DNA of 64,000 nt from Candidatus Woesebacteria bacterium (lineage in GTDB: Bacteria > Patescibacteriota > Microgenomatia > UBA8517), in assembly GCA_963716475.1 (NCBI GenBank), contig OY970314.1, positions 918,508 to 982,507 on the forward strand, read 5' to 3'. Shown in pieces: positions 30,081 to 40,280 of the stretch. The translations under genes and the position numbers were made by a program. How positions within the stretch are numbered: position 1 is the first letter of the stretch; each line of letters begins with the position of its first letter. The notes under the pieces were generated by a model that did no database searches, had not been told where the DNA came from, and was given only the letters and a program-made list of their open reading frames with translations.

Positions 30081-30110
30081 AGAGTTCTGACCTCGGTCAG
30101 GATTCTTTCT
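30081..30110 (+). terminator. Probable intrinsic terminator
   Basis: AGAGTTCTGAC-CTCG-GTCAGGATTCT followed by a T-rich tail. Confidence 0.55.
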
Positions 30111-30127
30111 TTGTCATATAATAAAGT

Positions 30128-31087
30128 ATGGAATCTCAAATCATTGCGCCTAAACCAACCGATCCGGGCGGACCCTGGGACACCGTGATTATCGGTTCCG
30201 GTCCGGCCGGACTTACCGCAGCAATTTATACAACCCGCGGTGCGGCTTCCACTCTAATTTTGGCCGGTGAGGTTTGGGGAGGTCAACTAATGTTAACAAC
30301 AACAGTTGATAACTTCCCGGGATTTCCCGGGGGGGTCTTGGGGCCAAAACTGATGGAAGACATGAAGGCCCAGGCCCAAAGGTTCGGAGCCGAGTTTCAA
30401 GCAGTTAGCGTCGGGTCGGTTGATTTAACTAAAAAGCCGTTTGAAATTACGGCAGGAGGAAAAAACTATCTTGCCAGATCTATTATTATTACCACAGGAG
30501 CACTGACGACATGGTTGGACGCCCCGGGAGTTAAAGAACTTATAGGCAGAGGGGTGTCCTCATGTGCTCCATGCGATGCGCCTTTTTTCAAAGGGAAAAA
30601 AGTTGCGGTGGTGGGCGGAGGGGACTCTGCTATGGAGGAAGCATCGGTTCTGACAAAGTATGCATCGGAGGTAACAATAATCCACAGGCGCGATGAATTT
30701 AGAGCCTCAGAAGCTATGCAGGAAAAGGTTAAGTCCGACCCAAAAATTAAGATCTTGTGGAATACAGAGGTGGTGAAAGCCGTCGGTGACGGGAAATTGG
30801 AAAAACTGGTTTTAAAAAATAACAATACAGGGGAAGTCTCAGAGCTTCCCGTCGACGGACTTTTTGTGGCAATCGGGCATAAACCCGCAAGCGATATTTT
30901 TGCCGGAAAGCTGGATTTGGACGAAAAAGGTTTTATAGAATCTAAAACTGACCACTGCGGAACATCCGTTAAAGGAGTGTTCGTCGCCGGGGATGTTATT
31001 GATAAAAAATTCAAGCAAGCAATAGTTGCGGCAGGTATGGGTTGTATGGCCGCCATGGAAGCTTTGAGATATCTGGAAGAAAATTAG
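30128..31087 (+). CDS. trxB: Thioredoxin reductase
   Basis: GSGPAG, CAPCD, GGGDSA, HRR and VAGDV. Confidence 0.95.
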   Translation: MESQIIAPKPTDPGGPWDTVIIGSGPAGLTAAIYTTRGAASTLILAGEVWGGQLMLTTTVDNFPGFPGGVLGPKLMEDMKAQAQRFGAEFQAVSVGSVDLTKKPFEITAGGKNYLARSIIITTGALTTWLDAPGVKELIGRGVSSCAPCDAPFFKGKKVAVVGGGDSAMEEASVLTKYASEVTIIHRRDEFRASEAMQEKVKSDPKIKILWNTEVVKAVGDGKLEKLVLKNNNTGEVSELPVDGLFVAIGHKPASDIFAGKLDLDEKGFIESKTDHCGTSVKGVFVAGDVIDKKFKQAIVAAGMGCMAAMEALRYLEEN

Positions 31088-31150
31088 GAGGTTTGAAAGT
31101 TTCAAGACTTCTTGGTTGACATTTTCCTTATCTTCGTGCAGAATAGACAC

Positions 31151-31957
31151 ATGCCTGTAAAGCTAAAGGCCCCGAAAAATATCCAACAGTTTTTTGTTCC
31201 GGTACTTGTAGTCGTGGCAATTGGTCTTGCATTTTTTTCCGGAACCCTATGGCAGAAGGTGAAAAATTTGGAAAAAGGTGCAGCAACAACCGGTACAACG
31301 ACTCAACAAGCTCCAGCGGCAGTACCCGCTGTTTCCCTGAATACAATAAAAGGACTTTTCAGTAAGGATTTAATCAAGTTTGGGGATGCCTCACGAAAGG
31401 TTTTGTTTGTCGAGATGTCCGATCCTTCATGCCCCTACTGCCATGCAGCCGATGGTCAAGACCATGCAATATACAAGAGTCTTGGAGCCACATTCCAACT
31501 CGTCGCGGATGGTGGAAAGTATGTTTCTCCGACTGTAGAAATGAAGAAACTGGTCGATTCCGGACAGGCTTCTTTTGTCTATATTTATTATCCGGGTCAC
31601 GGTAATGGAGAAATGGGTATGAAGGCCCTTTACTGTGCCAACGAAAAAGGAAAATTCTGGGAAGCGCACAACTTAATTATGAATGATGCGGGTTATACTC
31701 TTATGAATACGACTGTTAAAAATGATAAGACGCAGTCGCAGGCTGTAGCCGATTTTCTTAAGTCCGTTGTCGATCCGAGTTTTATGAAGACATGTCTGGA
31801 TAGCGGTAAATACGATGCAAGGCTTCAGAGTGATCAAGCCCTAGCCACGTCCCTTTCGATTCAGGGAACACCGGATTTTTATGTAAATTCAACCAATTTT
31901 CCCGGAGCTTATAGTTATACCGACATGGCCTCGACAGTCACCTCTGCACTTAAATGA
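31151..31957 (+). CDS. DsbA/DsbG-like thioredoxin-fold protein
   Basis: N-terminal TM helix; DPSCPYC and GTP. Confidence 0.82.
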   Translation: MPVKLKAPKNIQQFFVPVLVVVAIGLAFFSGTLWQKVKNLEKGAATTGTTTQQAPAAVPAVSLNTIKGLFSKDLIKFGDASRKVLFVEMSDPSCPYCHAADGQDHAIYKSLGATFQLVADGGKYVSPTVEMKKLVDSGQASFVYIYYPGHGNGEMGMKALYCANEKGKFWEAHNLIMNDAGYTLMNTTVKNDKTQSQAVADFLKSVVDPSFMKTCLDSGKYDARLQSDQALATSLSIQGTPDFYVNSTNFPGAYSYTDMASTVTSALK

Positions 31958-32036
31958 GTTCATAGCAAATTCTATCAATAGATTTGGACGAGCTCACGCT
32001 CTCATAGGATGAATTTGGTATAATATTAAAAATATT

Positions 32037-32858
32037 ATGAAGAAACAGGGAAGTAAAATCGACGAGGCTTCGACCTCACAAATTAAAATTAACGTTCCCA
32101 CAGAGGGTAATCTTTTACTGGAAAAAGTTTTAAACCAGGTTAATTCTAACCGGGAAATAAAGACTCTCTGGAGAATAATAAACGTAAACGCGATAGAGCG
32201 TCTTGGTTTTACCGATCACGGACCGACCCATTTTAATCTGGTAGCAAACCATGGTCTTAAAATCGCGCGGATTTTGGAAAAAAGGGGAATTACCATGTCA
32301 ATTGTGCATGATTTTGGTCTGACCAATGATCATGCAGAGGTAGTAATTTTTTTGGGGTGCATAATGCATGACCTGGGAATGAGTATCCATAGGGAAAACC
32401 ATGAAATTTTTAGCCTTTTTATAGCTAGGGACTTTATGAAAGAAATTCTGAGCTTTATGCCCATTGAGGAAAGAACGGTCGTAATTTCCGAAACTCTCCA
32501 TGCAATCATAAGCCACAGCCACGGAAGCGCAGGCAAAACCTCAACCGTTGAAGGAGGAATCGTAAGAGTTGCGGACGCTCTCGATATGAGTAAAGGCCGT
32601 AGCAGGATCCCCTATAGAATGGGCAAGATTGATATTCACTCGGTTTCGGCAAACGCGATCGAGAGTGTGACGGTTAAGGAGGGGGAGGGAAAACCTGTTG
32701 ATATTGAGATTGTAATGACAACCGAAGCCGGAGTTTTTCAGGTTGACGATTTTATCGAGGAAAAATTAGAGACTTCGGGCTTAGCCAAATATGTTGATGT
32801 CAAATCATTTTTGAAGGAACACGGGAGTAAGAGGGTCTACAAGGATTACACTTCTTAA
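32037..32858 (+). CDS. HD-domain phosphohydrolase
   Basis: DHGPTH, MHDLG and VADALD. Confidence 0.85.
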   Translation: MKKQGSKIDEASTSQIKINVPTEGNLLLEKVLNQVNSNREIKTLWRIINVNAIERLGFTDHGPTHFNLVANHGLKIARILEKRGITMSIVHDFGLTNDHAEVVIFLGCIMHDLGMSIHRENHEIFSLFIARDFMKEILSFMPIEERTVVISETLHAIISHSHGSAGKTSTVEGGIVRVADALDMSKGRSRIPYRMGKIDIHSVSANAIESVTVKEGEGKPVDIEIVMTTEAGVFQVDDFIEEKLETSGLAKYVDVKSFLKEHGSKRVYKDYTS

Positions 32859-33232
32859 TCTGCCAAAATCAGCTTGACTTTCTCGGTAAGTTGATCCGGA
32901 TTGACGTCGGTTTTGAGGATGACATCTTTAGCTCCAAGACTAATGCCTTCTTTAAGAATCGGGTCGTGGGAGAGGTTTGTCAGAAGGAAGATATTTTTGT
33001 TAGGGACTTTAGGAGGAGTTTTTTTAAGCTCGCCAAGAAGCGCTATGCCATCCATTTTAGGAAGCATGACATCGAGAAGTACCAGATCATAGCCACCTTC
33101 CCGGCATTTAGTCAGTCCCTCAGCTCCGTCAACCGCCGCCTCCACCTTAAAACCTGCTTTTGTAAGAATTGTTTGGTAGAGGTTTCTGGTATTTTGATCG
33201 TCTTCTACAATCAAGATTCTTTTATTGCTCAT
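32855..33232 (-). CDS. Single-domain response regulator
   Basis: ILIVEDD, LLDVMLP, LTN and conserved K. Confidence 0.9.
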   Translation of the reverse strand: MSNKRILIVEDDQNTRNLYQTILTKAGFKVEAAVDGAEGLTKCREGGYDLVLLDVMLPKMDGIALLGELKKTPPKVPNKNIFLLTNLSHDPILKEGISLGAKDVILKTDVNPDQLTEKVKLILAD

Positions 33233-33251
33233 AATTGAACCTATTATACGC

Positions 33252-35375
33252 CTACACCGAAGGAAGTGTAAAGATAAATCTTGAACCTTGCCCAGGTGTA
33301 CTTTCCACCCAAATTTTACCTCCGGAAAGCTCGACAATGTTTTTACTGATATAAAGTCCCAAGCCGGTTCCCTGCGTGCTGGGTACGTTTGTTCCGCTTT
33401 CGAGTTTGCCGAATTTGGTGAAAAGCTTGTCCATATCCTCTTTTTTAATTCCGATACCGTTATCAGTTACAGATATCTCAATCATTTTTTCTTTCGCCAA
33501 TCCAGTTATGGTTACTTTGCCCTTTGCCGGAGTAAACTTAATTGCGTTTCCGGCTAAGTTGGTTATAACCTGGTGGATACGCTCTTTATCGGCCTTAACA
33601 AAAAGACCGCCCGAAACGGTCGAACTTAGATTGATTTGCTTATCACTTGCCTGTTTTTGGAGTTCCTCAACAATTAGGTCTGCTTCATGTTTGACATCCA
33701 ATTTTTCGGGATTGAGCTCAATTCTTCCGGCTTCGATCCTGCTTACGTCCAGCATATCAGCAACCAGGGAAATACCGTGTTCAGTTGATTCCAGGGCGAT
33801 TCCCAGGTCTTCCTTGGCTTTACCCTGTGCTTTTCCAAGTTCACTTCTTGCCAGCCAAATATAGTTTTTGACGGTTGCCATAGGGCTTCGAAGGTCATGA
33901 CTTGCGATTGAAATGAACTCGTCCTTGACCTGATCTAGTTTTTTAAGCTTTTCGTTTGCCGATTGCAGTTCACCGGTTGCCCGTTTTACTTCTTGCTGTA
34001 GGGTGACATTAAACCGGCTTATCTGCTCAAATCTCTGCGCATTCTCCAAAGCGATTGAAAGTTCCGGACCTAGAATTGAAAGAAAGTTAACATCCTGATC
34101 AAAAAAGATCTCTCCTGAAGACTTTTCTCCAAGAAGGAGAAGCCCCACGAAACGCTCTTTGGTTGAAAGGGGGAGTGCCAGGAAAATATCTTTTTCGCGC
34201 AAAAAATCTTTCAGCGGGCCCTCTTCCATTTCGTCAAGGATAAGTAATTTTTTAGGATCTGCCATTTTCCTGACGTCACCACTACTGATGTCTAAACGCT
34301 TACCTTGGTGTTGACTTTCAATAATGTATATTTCTTTACCATTAATAATTGCGAAGGCAGCTTTTGTGAGCCTGAGTTCTCTGGTTATGATCGTTAGCAC
34401 CCGGAGAGCAAGATCATCAAGAGTAAGCGACGTAGCCATAGTCTTTGATAGTTTATTAAGAACAACCTCGGTTTCATATCTTTCTTTAAAAAATATTTTA
34501 TCTGTTGTTTTTTCCAGTAGACCCCGGAGCGGTTGAAAAGTGTATGCAATGACCAGAGCAAGAATGGTTGAACTTATCAAACTTGAGGCGGGAGTTGATG
34601 TTTTTGTAATCAGACTGGAAACGATAAAAAGTCCGCTCGAATATATAACCCCAAGTATTATCAGAAGAAGTGAATAAGAGACTGACCTTGCGATAATTAA
34701 GCGGATATCAAAAAGCCTGTGTCTGACAATGGCGTAAGTCACGGCAACGATTAAGATGAGACTGTAATTGGGTCCCAGGAAAACCAAACTTGTGATCCTG
34801 AAGACGACAACGAAAGAAAATGTTGTTATAAAAGCTAAAACAAAAGCTATGATAAGTCCCAGAAGCATGAATTTAACCTGCTCTTTGACAACGCTGTTGC
34901 CCCGATGCAATTTTCTTAACAGGATAATCATGGTACCTATTAAATGGGAAGCACCATGAAGACCGAAAAGTAAGATTGCCGGCCCCGGCACCGGAGTTAT
35001 CTGACCGTTAGTCAGAATTGCGTGAGAGAAAATCAGCGGGGTAAGGCAAAAGAAAGTTATTACAGCAGTCCAAACGATATCAGAAAGTATAAATATTTTA
35101 TTTATTGAGGGACTGCTTTCCGGAAAATTAAGAGAAAAATGTAGGATAACAGTTAATAGGAGAGAAGTTGTAGCCATAATAATCCTGATCCAGAAAATGG
35201 CTTCTTCAGGATTAATAGTTTTTAAAGAAAAGTAATTGGCGACACTCCAAGCAGAAACAATAAATGTGAGGAGTATAAATAAAATGTTGGTTTTGCGTTT
35301 GGGATTTTTTAGGAATACAATGAGCCCGAGAATTAAGTTAGCAAAAACAGTAAATATGGTAACCGCGATATCCAT
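33252..35375 (-). CDS. Membrane sensor histidine kinase (HisKA_7TM-like, GAF, HisKA, HATPase)
   Basis: About 9 TM helices; GAF-like segment; SHDLRSP, NAIKFT, DNGIGI and GTGLGL. Confidence 0.92.
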   Translation of the reverse strand: MDIAVTIFTVFANLILGLIVFLKNPKRKTNILFILLTFIVSAWSVANYFSLKTINPEEAIFWIRIIMATTSLLLTVILHFSLNFPESSPSINKIFILSDIVWTAVITFFCLTPLIFSHAILTNGQITPVPGPAILLFGLHGASHLIGTMIILLRKLHRGNSVVKEQVKFMLLGLIIAFVLAFITTFSFVVVFRITSLVFLGPNYSLILIVAVTYAIVRHRLFDIRLIIARSVSYSLLLIILGVIYSSGLFIVSSLITKTSTPASSLISSTILALVIAYTFQPLRGLLEKTTDKIFFKERYETEVVLNKLSKTMATSLTLDDLALRVLTIITRELRLTKAAFAIINGKEIYIIESQHQGKRLDISSGDVRKMADPKKLLILDEMEEGPLKDFLREKDIFLALPLSTKERFVGLLLLGEKSSGEIFFDQDVNFLSILGPELSIALENAQRFEQISRFNVTLQQEVKRATGELQSANEKLKKLDQVKDEFISIASHDLRSPMATVKNYIWLARSELGKAQGKAKEDLGIALESTEHGISLVADMLDVSRIEAGRIELNPEKLDVKHEADLIVEELQKQASDKQINLSSTVSGGLFVKADKERIHQVITNLAGNAIKFTPAKGKVTITGLAKEKMIEISVTDNGIGIKKEDMDKLFTKFGKLESGTNVPSTQGTGLGLYISKNIVELSGGKIWVESTPGQGSRFIFTLPSV

Positions 35376-35384
35376 AATTAATTT

Positions 35385-36647
35385 ATGATAGAAAGAGAAA
35401 ATAATAAAGACAATAGCCTAGGCATGTTTTCCCCCCGTATTTTTGACGCAAGAGATGCTTTTGATGGGGGGCAAATGGTTCGTGAGGGAGAAAATTACCG
35501 CATAAAACTTCCTGATGGTGAACAAACCATAACCTCGGATCATATCCATGACTTACTATCGGCAACGATGATGGGTATTAATGAAGCTTTTGTTGACGCG
35601 GAGTCAGGGATTGATTTAAGAGAAGAATATGAGCATGAGTCGGCTATTTATGATGCCTCGGTAATAGCAAATGGTGGAGACACTTATGGGACGTGGGTTT
35701 ATTACCCATATGATAAAGATTTAGTGCATTTTGCACCAAAAAGGCTTCACAAACTTGCCCTTCTTGCATGTAATTCATCGCTTTTAATGGATCCGGACCG
35801 AAATCTCGACTACAACCAAATAAGGAAAGTGTTTGATAACGTAGTTCCGGCGATAGCAGGCCTAAGTGTGGGGTCGAATATTGGGAAAGCGATTATAGCC
35901 GATATTCGTCCGGATGCTGTCAAAGTGTCCGATCCCGCACCCTTTAAACTTACCAATGCCAATCGAGTAGCCGGTTTGGGTTACACCGACTTGGTTACTT
36001 CCAGAGGCAATATGGGGTCAAATTTGGGAAGTTTAAACGGATCGAGAGAGAAACAACAAGTTTTTACCTTGGACATACTATCCCAGGACCCTTACATGAA
36101 CGTATTTTCCTATAAAGGTATTGACGGGAGTAATGTTAAGGAATTCCTAGGCGGGGGAAGTAAGGAACCTAAAGCAACCGTAGCCATAGATGTTTGCGAT
36201 AGTATAGATGTTAAGATGCAGTTGGCTGTAGAGGCGAGAAAGCAGGGGATAAGGTTTCTGCGTTTTACTGATGCAGGTTCTACGGTTAGAGTCGATATAC
36301 GTCCTTTTGACACGAACCCGGAAGCTTCTTTGGCCTATGGAATTACTGATGAGGAACTGTTTGATCTGCTAGCCAAAGCCGGAACTTCAAAGTCGGGTTT
36401 CTATAAATTTGGAAGCGCCCTGATTGGTAAAGATTCTCTTGAAAGAGGGGATGAATTTGGAGGTTTAGTAAGAGGAGAAATTTCTAAACAGTACTCCAGT
36501 GTTCCACAGCTAGGTTCAACAGCCATGGTAGCCGGTGGACTCGCAGGAGAAATCGTTGCAAGAATGGCATTAGGTTATAAATACCCGGAAAGATTTGTGG
36601 TGGATTTAGTAAATCTCAAATTTGAGTCTTGGGGTGAACAGGTTTAA
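35385..36647 (+). CDS. ThiF-family adenylyltransferase, Rv1355c/MoeY-like
   Basis: WVYYP, AGLSVG, D....LTNANR, DVCDS and PQLGS. The start may be 35424. Confidence 0.75.
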   Translation: MIERENNKDNSLGMFSPRIFDARDAFDGGQMVREGENYRIKLPDGEQTITSDHIHDLLSATMMGINEAFVDAESGIDLREEYEHESAIYDASVIANGGDTYGTWVYYPYDKDLVHFAPKRLHKLALLACNSSLLMDPDRNLDYNQIRKVFDNVVPAIAGLSVGSNIGKAIIADIRPDAVKVSDPAPFKLTNANRVAGLGYTDLVTSRGNMGSNLGSLNGSREKQQVFTLDILSQDPYMNVFSYKGIDGSNVKEFLGGGSKEPKATVAIDVCDSIDVKMQLAVEARKQGIRFLRFTDAGSTVRVDIRPFDTNPEASLAYGITDEELFDLLAKAGTSKSGFYKFGSALIGKDSLERGDEFGGLVRGEISKQYSSVPQLGSTAMVAGGLAGEIVARMALGYKYPERFVVDLVNLKFESWGEQV

Positions 36648-37776
36648 TTAACACTTCTTCAATTGGAAGTCTGGGTGAATGAGGAGGAATTTCAAGATCC
36701 GGTCTTGGGTAACCTGCCCTAAAAAGTATCGCGGGAGTACCGTGCCATAATGATATTGCAGAAAGACCAAATCTAGTGAGGGAAACTTCAGCCAAACCCG
36801 CATGAACTGCATAAGACAATCCTTGTGAGGTAAGTTTAAGCCCTATCTTACCAAGAAGCTCGCCGCTTTTTAGCCAATATTCCGGCGTATCTTTGTCAAC
36901 TGTTATCATACCCGTTATCGCCGATGAACGAATACCCAATATAGAACCCCTTGAAAAGGCAGAAATATCATCAGCTTCCAGTTTTTCTTTTCCTAAAAGT
37001 GCGTTCTTGGTATGTCTGGCTTGTGTGTCGTCCATGCCGAATGTATCACCAGGCATTCCCAACGGATCTTTAGTGTTGTTTTCCTGAAGCCAGTCACCAA
37101 GCTCACGGCGGAAGGATTTGAGATTAGCCACAACCGTGTCGGCTGCCCCCTGAAATTCTGCAATCGTAGGGATTATTGGATCACCCGCTTTAAGTAAAAA
37201 TAAACGTGTCCCATCACCTTCCAAAGCCCCTATTTCCGTGAGTAATTCACCAGGGATTGTTTTGGACGTATCGGTTATATTTCTGTTGACCCTTCTTGTG
37301 AATATCGATGCAAAAAGATCTTTATCAGAAGCGGCAACCGAAGGATTAAAACCGATTTGACATAGTTTTACATAACGGTTTTTGTCGTCCGGTTGTTTAT
37401 AGGGTAGAACCTGTGACGGATCAACCTGTTCATTTTCGGTGGTGGCTTCGAGACCAAAGTGAGACGCTGCCACCTGGACATTAGTTAAAGCCGCCCCGAC
37501 ACTTATTACAGCCTGTCTGCCTCTTACATCAGATGCAGGAAGAACCCGATCTCTGTCGAGATAAAGTGTGATAGAGGAATCTTTTTCATCCGGTGAAAAT
37601 GCCCATGGCTGAGTGTTATGAGAACTTGGAGCCATGTGTGCAAGGGTTGTAAAATATATAAGCTTTTCTCCTACAGGAAGTGACTCAAATTGTTCATGAG
37701 TTAAGTTTGGAGTGCGCCAGATATCATAGTTAGGGCCATCTTTAATGTCGATTGAGTCGTTTCGTTCTATGGTCAT
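36616..37776 (-). CDS. Nitroreductase-like (Acg-type) FMN-binding protein
   Basis: APSSHNTQPW, SVGAALTN, RRVNR, RAGYP and SPRLP. Confidence 0.85.
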   Translation of the reverse strand: MTIERNDSIDIKDGPNYDIWRTPNLTHEQFESLPVGEKLIYFTTLAHMAPSSHNTQPWAFSPDEKDSSITLYLDRDRVLPASDVRGRQAVISVGAALTNVQVAASHFGLEATTENEQVDPSQVLPYKQPDDKNRYVKLCQIGFNPSVAASDKDLFASIFTRRVNRNITDTSKTIPGELLTEIGALEGDGTRLFLLKAGDPIIPTIAEFQGAADTVVANLKSFRRELGDWLQENNTKDPLGMPGDTFGMDDTQARHTKNALLGKEKLEADDISAFSRGSILGIRSSAITGMITVDKDTPEYWLKSGELLGKIGLKLTSQGLSYAVHAGLAEVSLTRFGLSAISLWHGTPAILFRAGYPRPDLEIPPHSPRLPIEEVLIKPVHPKTQI

Positions 37777-38489
37777 GCTTTGTTATTAGGAACAACTCTA
37801 TAAAGGGCAGACCCGGTTGTCCAATATCCGGGAAATGTTTCAAAAACCGATTTGGCGTAAAGGTCATCAGTTGACTCATTCGCTTCGGATATCCTGATGA
37901 TAGTAGCTCCGGAATCTTCACCAAACTTGGCGACATGCGGAGCCATAATTGTAAAGATTTGATCGGAGAATCCCTCTTTTGATGCTAAAGTGTATGAGGT
38001 GCTGAGGATATCCTTAAGAATTTCCAGACGCGTTTGTTTTGGGAGTAGGGGGTTGATTGTAAGTGAAGCGATTGAACCAACCATGGCATCAGTCGGCCAG
38101 GAATGATTTTTAGTTAATACCATAGCCTCAATGGGTAAATTTTCTCCTGGTTTATACATACCCCATTCAAGTTTAAAAAAACCTGCCAAATTTTTGTAAT
38201 TCCTCAATTCAGGTTCAATCTTTTTCAAATGTTCAGTTGCCGGAGATTTAAAAAGACGCTCGGCATCTCCCGTTGCGGTAATGTAGACATTTTTTTTGTC
38301 GGACTCTTGATACAGTTTGGATAGTAGGCTTGACTCACGGGGAGCAACCGGTTGTGGAATTCCATTATTAGTATAAGTGGAGTAGACAAGTTCCTGCAAC
38401 CTCTCCGATGAAGGGGTTAAACTTGCGAATTCGTCCGAAGACAAAATTTTAACCTCAAATTTTGACGGTTGAAGCGACTCCGGTGACAT
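37773..38489 (-). CDS. Putative GNAT-fold N-acyltransferase (FeeM/LuxI-like)
   Basis: LVYSTY, LPIE, IASLTI and MAPH segments resemble N-acyl amino-acid synthases; ATGA-coupled to the nitroreductase. Confidence 0.45.
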   Translation of the reverse strand: MSPESLQPSKFEVKILSSDEFASLTPSSERLQELVYSTYTNNGIPQPVAPRESSLLSKLYQESDKKNVYITATGDAERLFKSPATEHLKKIEPELRNYKNLAGFFKLEWGMYKPGENLPIEAMVLTKNHSWPTDAMVGSIASLTINPLLPKQTRLEILKDILSTSYTLASKEGFSDQIFTIMAPHVAKFGEDSGATIIRISEANESTDDLYAKSVFETFPGYWTTGSALYRVVPNNKA

Positions 38490-38584
38490 ACGTAATAGAA
38501 TATCATTTAACTGTTATTGCACAAGTGGGGGATCAAGCACTTTATTTATATTTATTCCGCCTTCTTTGGATGTTACAATGAGAT

Positions 38585-40279
38585 ATGCCCCTGACTGAAA
38601 ATCAGATAATTAGTTTAGTTAAAAAAAGCGGCCTGCTTCTCTTGGATGAAAGTACGATTGCCAAAGCCGAGGCCTATGCTGCCAACACGAAAACAACAAG
38701 TCTCCTGACATCTCTCATAGAATGCGGAGCCGTTACCGAAGATCAACTTTCAGCCGTAATAGCCGGATATTACAAGGTCCCCTATATAACTCTATCGAAA
38801 GTTTCCATACCTGAAGATGTTGCCCATATAATTCCGGAAAGAGTAGCCAGAAAACAGAAGGCAATAGCTTTTGCCCGAGATGAGACGGGGGTAAAAGTTG
38901 CCATGAATGATCCTACCAACCAGACAATTGTCTCCCTAGTTTCCCGGAAAACCGGGATGAAAGTGACGGTTTACTATGCGGGCAGCTCAGACATAGAGGG
39001 AACGATTCAACTTTATAAAAAGGCACTTCAAAAAACTATCGACGAGCTTCTTAAAGAGTATGTAAAACAGGCAACACTTTATCAGGGAGACTTACCCATA
39101 ATTAAAGTAGTTGATGTTCTTGTAAACACCGCCTATCAGGACAGAGCCAGCGATATTCATATCGAACCTGAAGAAAAAACTTCCCTAATCCGTTTTAGAA
39201 TAGACGGGGTTTTGCAAGATGTCCTCAGGGTTCCGAAGGAGATTCACGACAGGGTAATTTCGAGAATAAAAGTTTTATCAAACCTTAGGACGGATGAGCA
39301 TCTTAGTGCCCAGGACGGCAAAATGGTTGAGAAACTGGAGGAGGAGAATTTGGATATCCGTGTCTCAATTATTCCGGTAACCGAGGGAGAAAAAGCCGTT
39401 TTAAGACTTCTTTCGGGACACTCCCGGGAATATACACTAAGTGATCTGGGGATGAATCCCGGCGATTTGCAAAAAGTTACAAATGCATTCAACAGGAGCT
39501 ATGGGATGATTCTTTCAACCGGACCGACCGGGAGTGGAAAAACTACGTCAATTTATGCGATTTTAAAAATTTTAAATACCCGTGAGAAAAACATCATGAC
39601 TATTGAGGATCCTGTAGAATACAGAATTCTTGGGGCGAACCAGGTGCAGGTTAATGCCAAGACGAATTTAACTTTTGCCAATGGGCTACGGTCAATTCTG
39701 AGGCAAGACCCGAATGTTATTTTTGTCGGTGAGATCAGGGACAGCGAAACTGCCGGAATTGCAGTCAATGCAGCCCTAACGGGGCATCTTGTACTGTCTA
39801 CCCTGCATACGAATGACGCAGCAACGGCAATTCCGCGTTTAACTGATATGAAAGTTGAGCCGTTTCTCGTCGCCTCGACGGTGAACATAATTATTGCTCA
39901 AAGATTAGTAAGGCAGATATGTTCTTCCTGTAAGGTTGAGGAAAAAATAACTATTTCCGAGATCAAAAAGCACTTTCCGCAAAATCTTGTTCAGAAATAT
40001 TTTGGTACGACAGGTGAGGTAACAATTCATAAAGGAAAAGGGTGTAAGATCTGTAGGCAAACAGGATATTTGGGCCGGGTCGGACTTTTTGAAGTTTTGG
40101 AAGTGACCAAAAATATAAGGAAACTATTGTCAGAGAAAGTTGACTCGGATATCATTGCCCAGGCGGCTATTCAAGAGGGGATGCAGACGATGCTTGAAGA
40201 CGGTTTGGAAAAGATAACCACAGGGTTAACCACGGTCGAAGAGGTTATCAGAGTGACAAAGGTAGAGACTTTACAATAG
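38585..40279 (+). CDS. pilB: Type IV pilus/T2SS assembly ATPase (PilB/GspE)
   Basis: ASDIHIEP, GPTGSGKT, TIEDPVEY, LRQDP and tetra-Cys motif. Confidence 0.92.
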   Translation: MPLTENQIISLVKKSGLLLLDESTIAKAEAYAANTKTTSLLTSLIECGAVTEDQLSAVIAGYYKVPYITLSKVSIPEDVAHIIPERVARKQKAIAFARDETGVKVAMNDPTNQTIVSLVSRKTGMKVTVYYAGSSDIEGTIQLYKKALQKTIDELLKEYVKQATLYQGDLPIIKVVDVLVNTAYQDRASDIHIEPEEKTSLIRFRIDGVLQDVLRVPKEIHDRVISRIKVLSNLRTDEHLSAQDGKMVEKLEEENLDIRVSIIPVTEGEKAVLRLLSGHSREYTLSDLGMNPGDLQKVTNAFNRSYGMILSTGPTGSGKTTSIYAILKILNTREKNIMTIEDPVEYRILGANQVQVNAKTNLTFANGLRSILRQDPNVIFVGEIRDSETAGIAVNAALTGHLVLSTLHTNDAATAIPRLTDMKVEPFLVASTVNIIIAQRLVRQICSSCKVEEKITISEIKKHFPQNLVQKYFGTTGEVTIHKGKGCKICRQTGYLGRVGLFEVLEVTKNIRKLLSEKVDSDIIAQAAIQEGMQTMLEDGLEKITTGLTTVEEVIRVTKVETLQ

Positions 40280-40280
40280 T

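Noticed and set aside
30466-31056. Long antisense ORFs (also 19644-20282 and 33376-33864)
   Set aside because: They are shadows of well-supported genes on the opposite strand.
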